Assembly (NCBI GenBank): GCA_965208105.1
Contig: OZ242318.1
Span: forward strand, 2,304,001 to 2,368,000
DNA length: 64,000 nt
Direction of reading: 5' to 3'
From: Candidatus Latescibacterota bacterium
GTDB taxonomy: Bacteria; Latescibacterota; UBA2968; UBA8231
Shown here: piece after piece, positions 63,281 to 64,000 of the stretch
Layout: every line of letters starts with the position of its first letter
Position numbering within the stretch: position 1 is the stretch's first letter
The notes under the pieces: model-generated
Database searches by the model: none
Seen by the model: the letters and a program-made list of their open reading frames with translations, nothing else
Told to the model about the DNA's origin: nothing
Program-made: the position numbers and the translations under genes

Positions 63281-64000
63281 ATGCCCAGATTTCTTTTCAC
63301 CTCCGAATCCGTATCCGAAGGACACCCGGACAAAGTCGCCGACCAGATTTCAGACGCCATCCTGGACGCCATGCTGGATCAGGACCCTTCTTCAAGGGTA
63401 GCCTGTGAGACCCTCGTCACCACCGGGCAGGTAATGGTCGCCGGAGAAATCACGACCCGGGCCCAGGTGAACATTCAAGGCCTGGTCCGCGAAACCATCA
63501 AGAAGATCGGCTACACCGACCCGGAATACGGCTTCGACTATCGCTCCTGCGGCATCCTGGTGGCACTGGACAGACAATCACCCGATATTTCCCAGGGGGT
63601 CGACGAGGCTGCCGGCCTCCACAGCGAGCAGGGAGCCGGCGACCAGGGTATGATGTTTGGCTACGCCTGCCGCGAGACTCCGCAGTTGATGCCCCTGCCA
63701 ATCATGCTGGCGCACCGGCTTCTGGAGCATCTGGCGAGATTGCGCAAACAGAAGAAGCTGCCCTACCTGCGACCTGATGCAAAGTCCCAGGTGACCGTCG
63801 AATATGTCGACGGCAAGCCCCGGCGCGTGGATACGGTCGTGATCTCCACCCAGCACGATCCCGGAACGGGGCACAGGAAGATCGCCGGCGACATGATCCG
63901 CCAGGTCATAAACAAGGTCATTCCTGCCAGGTACCTGGACCAGGACACCATTTTCCATGTGAACCCCACCGGCCGTTTTGTCGTGGGCGGCCCCCAGGGG
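63281..64000 (+). CDS. metK: S-adenosylmethionine synthase (3'-truncated by the window edge)
   Basis: [37 protein letters not shown] and [13 protein letters not shown]. Confidence 0.97.
   Translation, partial: MPRFLFTSESVSEGHPDKVADQISDAILDAMLDQDPSSRVACETLVTTGQVMVAGEITTRAQVNIQGLVRETIKKIGYTDPEYGFDYRSCGILVALDRQSPDISQGVDEAAGLHSEQGAGDQGMMFGYACRETPQLMPLPIMLAHRLLEHLARLRKQKKLPYLRPDAKSQVTVEYVDGKPRRVDTVVISTQHDPGTGHRKIAGDMIRQVINKVIPARYLDQDTIFHVNPTGRFVVGGPQG

Overview
A GC-rich bacterial chromosome window. The 16S h44 base pairs (A1409:U1491, G1410:C1490), a group II GGGP synthase and the gene families present suggest an FCB-group organism, possibly Latescibacterota-like; this is an inference. About 1-9 kb is accessory: the 3' part of a large DxDxDG-rich putative outer-membrane protein, a symmetric CE4 deacetylase / 3x Asp-box (sialidase-like) / CE4 deacetylase paralog cassette, and a PhyH-family Fe/2OG enzyme with an HxA motif. 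About 9-23 kb holds a form II CoxGSLM-like molybdo-flavoenzyme cluster. Its maturation genes (xdhC, mocA, coxD, coxE, moaA) overlap with birA and a Na+-pumping decarboxylase set (oadG-oadB-oadA). About 23-29 kb holds a FolC::ATP-grasp fusion, pyrB, a small basic ORF and a GT-C glycosyltransferase. Two copies of a 160-bp MITE-like element lie at 15957 and 26216. About 29-34 kb is a complete, divergent rrn operon (16S-tRNAIle-23S-5S). About 34-64 kb is core backbone: EF-G2, yebC, ruvCAB, tsaB, MalK-like ATPase, holB, rsmA, ilvE, peptide ABC, tadA, 3 tRNAs, a large Alu-type SRP RNA, dnaX with a candidate frameshift site, recR, pgsA, pgpA, recA, recX, alaS, GGGPS, HPr, EI and partial metK. No CRISPR array, prophage or transposase was seen. 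All calls come from reading motifs; no searches were run.
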